64,000 nucleotides of DNA from assembly GCA_041656495.1 (NCBI GenBank), contig JBBADJ010000002.1, positions 139,839 through 203,838 on the forward strand, written 5' to 3'. Shown here in pieces: positions 60,697 to 64,000 of the stretch (its first letter is position 1; the number at the start of each line of letters is the position of its first letter). This DNA is from Candidatus Ratteibacteria bacterium (GTDB lineage Bacteria > Ratteibacteria > UBA8468 > B48-G9 > DTJG01). A program made the position numbers and the translations under genes. Under the pieces are notes generated by a model. The model saw only the letters and a list, made by a program, of their open reading frames with translations. It was not told the DNA's origin and did no database searches.

Positions 60697-62413
60697 AAAA
60701 AAACTTCTCGGACAACTTCTTATTGAGTTGGGAATGATTACCGAACAAGACCTGGAATCTGCATTGAAACAGCAGATTAAAGCAAAAAAATTTCTTGGTC
60801 GTATTCTTGTGGAACAGGGATTCTTAGAAGAAAAAGAATTAAAGAAAGCCCTTAGTATTCAAGCGGGAATTGAAATTATTGATCTAAAGATGATCAATGT
60901 GGATAAGCGCGCGGTAGAATCTTTTCCTTCTGCCCTTGCCAAAAGTTACAATGTCCTTCCTATCGCCTTAGAAAGAAATATCATCACCATCGCAGTAGGA
61001 GATACGCTGAGCCTCAACATTCAAGACGACGTATCATTTATTCTTGGATTCAAGGTAAAGATGGTCATGGCGGACGAGGATGAAATCAAGGAACTTATCA
61101 ACGTTCATTACGGCTCTGAACTTGAAACCATAGACGACCTTATCAAATGGCTTTCACAGGATATTGCCGAAATGGACGAGTTGGAAACACTCGCATCCTC
61201 CCGCGGAGAGTATGCCACTATCACCAGTCTTGAAGAGATCGCGTCCCTTCCTCCTGTCATCAAACTCTTTGACCTTATCCTTCTTCAAACAGTCCGGGAC
61301 AATGCCTCCGACGTACATCTTGAACCCTTTGAAAATGATTTTCGTGTACGGTACCGCGTAGATGGCGTACTCTACGATATGGTGCACCCACCCAAAGGTC
61401 TTTCCTTTGCCCTTTTCTGCAGGTTCAAAATCATGGCAGGAATGGATATCGCAGAACGGCGCCTTCCTCAAGACGGACGTATTGAACTCTCTGTTATGGG
61501 ACGACCCGTGGATCTACGAGTCTCCACAGTTCCCACTGTCTTTGGAGAATGTCTTGCGGTCCGTGTTCTTGACCGCGGAAAAACCATCTTTGACCTTGAC
61601 GCCCTTGGACTCCTTGAAGAAGATAAAGAACAACTTGAACGCTTCATCAAAAAACCTCATGGAATTATCCTTGCCACAGGACCGACAGGATGCGGAAAAA
61701 CCACAACACTGTATGCCCTGATAAGAAAAGTCAATACTCCGGAAGTAAAGGTTATTACCACAGAAGATCCTGTTGAATATATGCTTGATGGAGCCATCCA
61801 AGTTGCGGTAAAAGAATCTATCGGCCTTACTTTTGCCTCCTGCATCCGGAGTATTCTTCGTCAAGACCCTGATATTATTCTTGTAGGAGAGATTCGCGAT
61901 TTTGAAACCAGCCAAATGGCAATACAATCCGCACTTACCGGACACCTTGTATTAAGCAGTCTTCATACCAACGACGCTCCTACCACCATTATGAGAATGG
62001 TAGATATGAAGGTAGAACCCTTTTTGCTTTCTTCAACCATTGAAGGCGTTATCGCACAACGATTGGTACGGATTCTCTGCCCGCGTTGCCGGGAAGAGTA
62101 CCGGCCTTCAAAACAGGAGATTCTTGAACTAAACCTCTCTGAAGAAAGAGCGAAAGATATGCTTTTTTACAAACCAAAAGGCTGTCCCTTCTGCCGGGCC
62201 GGATATAAAGGAAGAACCCCTATCTTTGAGGTTCTCGTTCCCACTGAAAAATTCTGGAACGCAGTCTTTGAAAACCGTCCGCTCGGAGAAATACGGGAAA
62301 TCGCAGTAAACGATTGCGGTATGAGAACCTTAGTAGAAGATGGATACAAGAAGATTCATCTTGGAATAACCTCCATTGAAGAGGTCGCCAAAGAAGTACA
62401 TGGTTACGGATAG
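60689..62413 (+). CDS. Second PilB/GspE-family ATPase with N-terminal MshEN-type (c-di-GMP-binding) domain, MshE-like
   Basis: Two tandem 24-aa motifs separated by a 5-aa spacer (LLGQLLIELGMITEQDLESALKQQ - IKAKK - FLGRILVEQGFLEEKELKKALSIQ), then T2SSE_N, Walker A GPTGCGKTT, Zn motif CPRC…CPFC. Confidence 0.85.
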   Translation: MAEKKLLGQLLIELGMITEQDLESALKQQIKAKKFLGRILVEQGFLEEKELKKALSIQAGIEIIDLKMINVDKRAVESFPSALAKSYNVLPIALERNIITIAVGDTLSLNIQDDVSFILGFKVKMVMADEDEIKELINVHYGSELETIDDLIKWLSQDIAEMDELETLASSRGEYATITSLEEIASLPPVIKLFDLILLQTVRDNASDVHLEPFENDFRVRYRVDGVLYDMVHPPKGLSFALFCRFKIMAGMDIAERRLPQDGRIELSVMGRPVDLRVSTVPTVFGECLAVRVLDRGKTIFDLDALGLLEEDKEQLERFIKKPHGIILATGPTGCGKTTTLYALIRKVNTPEVKVITTEDPVEYMLDGAIQVAVKESIGLTFASCIRSILRQDPDIILVGEIRDFETSQMAIQSALTGHLVLSSLHTNDAPTTIMRMVDMKVEPFLLSSTIEGVIAQRLVRILCPRCREEYRPSKQEILELNLSEERAKDMLFYKPKGCPFCRAGYKGRTPIFEVLVPTEKFWNAVFENRPLGEIREIAVNDCGMRTLVEDGYKKIHLGITSIEEVAKEVHGYG

Positions 62414-62460
62414 ATCCTTTTAGGGTATAATAAAGAAAGAAACGTAAGGAGTGAAACCCT

Positions 62461-63759
62461 ATGGCAACATTTCAATACAATGCACTTGATGCCGGAGGGA
62501 AAACAGTTACCGGAACCCTCGAAGCAGGAAGCGTGCCTGAGGCAATCACAAAGTTAAAGGGAATGGGATACTTTGTGACCAGTGTAGGTCAGGCAAGAGG
62601 CGGGAAAAAAGCTTCCGGAGAAAAACCAGGAGAAAAAGCAAAACCCGCCGCACAAAAAAAGAAAAAAGCAGGGGGCGGAGGTGGACTTTCTTTCTCATTC
62701 GGCGCCGCCAAGATCAAGCCAAAAGAGATGACCATCATTACCCGTCAGCTTGCTACCCTCATCGGCTCAGGTCTTCCTCTGTTACGCGCCCTTAAGGTTC
62801 TTGAACAACAAAGAAAAGGCGCGGCGGCAACCGTGCTTGCCAGAGTTTCCCAAGAAATAGAACAGGGTGCGCTCTTTTCTGAGGCGCTTGCAAAATTTTC
62901 AGGAAGTTTTCCTCGTATCTATATAGCCATGGTTCGCGCGGGAGAAGCCGGCGGCGCCCTTGAAACTGTTTTAAGCCGACTCGCTACCTTTATGGAAAAC
63001 GAGGCAAAATTAAAAGCGAAAATTAAATCCGCAATGGCATACCCGGTACTTGTTATCTGTGCAGCAGTCGGTATTCTTCTATTCATTATGCTCAAAATCG
63101 TTCCTACCTTTGCAAAGATCTTTGAAGATATGGAAGCAGGAGAGCTTCCCGGCCCTACCCTTCTGTTAATGAAGATCTCCAATCTTCTTCTTACCAAGTT
63201 CTATCTTATTATTATCGCGGTTGTGGTACTTGTTATCGCCTATAAAATTGCCGTAAAAATCAAAACAACTCGGTACCTCATTGACGCACTGAAACTAAAA
63301 ATATTCCTCTTTGGTCCGGTTATCTTAAAAACCATTATCGCGCGCTTTTCCAGAACCTTTGCAACCCTCATCACCAGTGGTGTTCCTATCCTCCAATCTC
63401 TACAAATTGTACGGGACACCGTAGGAAACGATGTCTTTGCTAAAGCCTTGAACGAGGTTCGCAACAGAGTCAGGGAAGGAGAAGGCCTCTCTGGAGTTAT
63501 GCTTCGCACAAGTGTATTCCCTCCCATGGTTACCAATATGATCGCTGTCGGCGAAGAAACCGGCGCTATGGACGCTATGTTAGAAAAAGTCGCTGATGCT
63601 TACGATGCAGAGGTAGATGCCGCGGTCTCGGCGATGACCTCCATGATTGAACCTATCCTTATTATCGGTCTAGGCGGCATTGTCGGATTTATTGTTATCT
63701 CTCTCTTTATGCCGCTTATCAAACTCGCAATGAGTCTTTCAGGAGGTGAAGGAGGCTGA
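62461..63759 (+). CDS. pilC: Type IV pilus / T2SS platform protein PilC/GspF with lysine/glycine-rich N-terminal insert
   Basis: Two T2SSF repeats, three TM segments; low-complexity insert [29 protein letters not shown] after the first about 45 aa. Confidence 0.88.
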   Translation: MATFQYNALDAGGKTVTGTLEAGSVPEAITKLKGMGYFVTSVGQARGGKKASGEKPGEKAKPAAQKKKKAGGGGGLSFSFGAAKIKPKEMTIITRQLATLIGSGLPLLRALKVLEQQRKGAAATVLARVSQEIEQGALFSEALAKFSGSFPRIYIAMVRAGEAGGALETVLSRLATFMENEAKLKAKIKSAMAYPVLVICAAVGILLFIMLKIVPTFAKIFEDMEAGELPGPTLLLMKISNLLLTKFYLIIIAVVVLVIAYKIAVKIKTTRYLIDALKLKIFLFGPVILKTIIARFSRTFATLITSGVPILQSLQIVRDTVGNDVFAKALNEVRNRVREGEGLSGVMLRTSVFPPMVTNMIAVGEETGAMDAMLEKVADAYDAEVDAAVSAMTSMIEPILIIGLGGIVGFIVISLFMPLIKLAMSLSGGEGG

Positions 63760-63797
63760 TACAAAAAAGCCTATCCTACAAGAAGGAGCGTACGACT

Positions 63798-64000
63798 ATG
63801 GAACAGAATCAAAAAAAAATAGGTTTCACATTAATTGAACTGCTTATTGTTATTGCCATTATAGGAATGCTCGCGGCCATTATCCTGCCGGCTCTCTCAG
63901 AGGCGCGAGAACGAGCAAGAATAACAACCTGTATGAATAATATTCGCCAGATCGGAGCCGCATTTGAGATGTATGCGGGAGATTACTACGAACGATTTCC
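63798..64000 (+). CDS. Prepilin-type N-terminal cleavage/methylation domain protein (GspG-like pseudopilin / pilin), 5' partial at window end
   Basis: Class III signal KKIG|[32 protein letters not shown], followed by C.NNIRQIG pattern typical of PulG-like pseudopilins. Confidence 0.8.
   Translation, partial: MEQNQKKIGFTLIELLIVIAIIGMLAAIILPALSEARERARITTCMNNIRQIGAAFEMYAGDYYERF

Noticed and set aside
1-64000. CRISPR arrays, IS elements, integrases and tRNA genes
   Set aside because: No direct-repeat arrays, transposase- or integrase-like ORFs, or tRNA-like T-loop signatures (GGTTCGAATCC-type) were seen. Intergenic space is too small for undetected tRNAs except around 26.6-28.2 kb, where only the 5S was found.

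Overview
The window reads as a chromosomal segment from a Gram-negative bacterium with about 40-45% GC; KDO and Lpt genes and a FadL-type outer membrane protein are present. Most of it is dense, syntenic housekeeping DNA. Identified genes include mreB, rpoN, ispG-rseP-dxr-uppS, lptB, ruvCAB-yebC, an EF-G paralog, dnaE, rho-coaE-ahcY-metK, ptsI-ptsN-hpf, kdsA-kdsD-kdsC-lptC, infB-nusA, rimO, ftsK, rbfA and argS. Three regions stand out.

- **Lipid-enzyme and signalling operon (about 6540-15153):** five translationally coupled genes. They encode a B12-binding radical SAM enzyme, a FabF-like ketosynthase with a Cys-His-Asn triad, a 7TM-type sensor histidine kinase, a degenerate kinase paralog, and a sigma-54 activator with a GAFTNA motif. 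The operon sits beside a FadL-family porin and a neutral-ceramidase-like protein.
- **Unlinked 5S rRNA (about 26707-26830):** a stand-alone 5S rRNA gene next to the EF-G paralog. It is followed by a small accessory stretch encoding a PAP2-like protein, a tiny acidic lipoprotein and a 684-aa secreted protein.
- **Pilus locus (57812 to the window end):** pilB, pilT, a second pilB-type ATPase, pilC and a pseudopilin. The second ATPase carries a tandem MshEN-type c-di-GMP-binding motif, and PilC has a lysine/glycine-rich insert.

The rpoN-associated module is also rearranged relative to the E. coli order: rpoN and lptB lie elsewhere, and a SpoIID-domain gene occupies their usual position. No CRISPR array, mobile element or tRNA was found.
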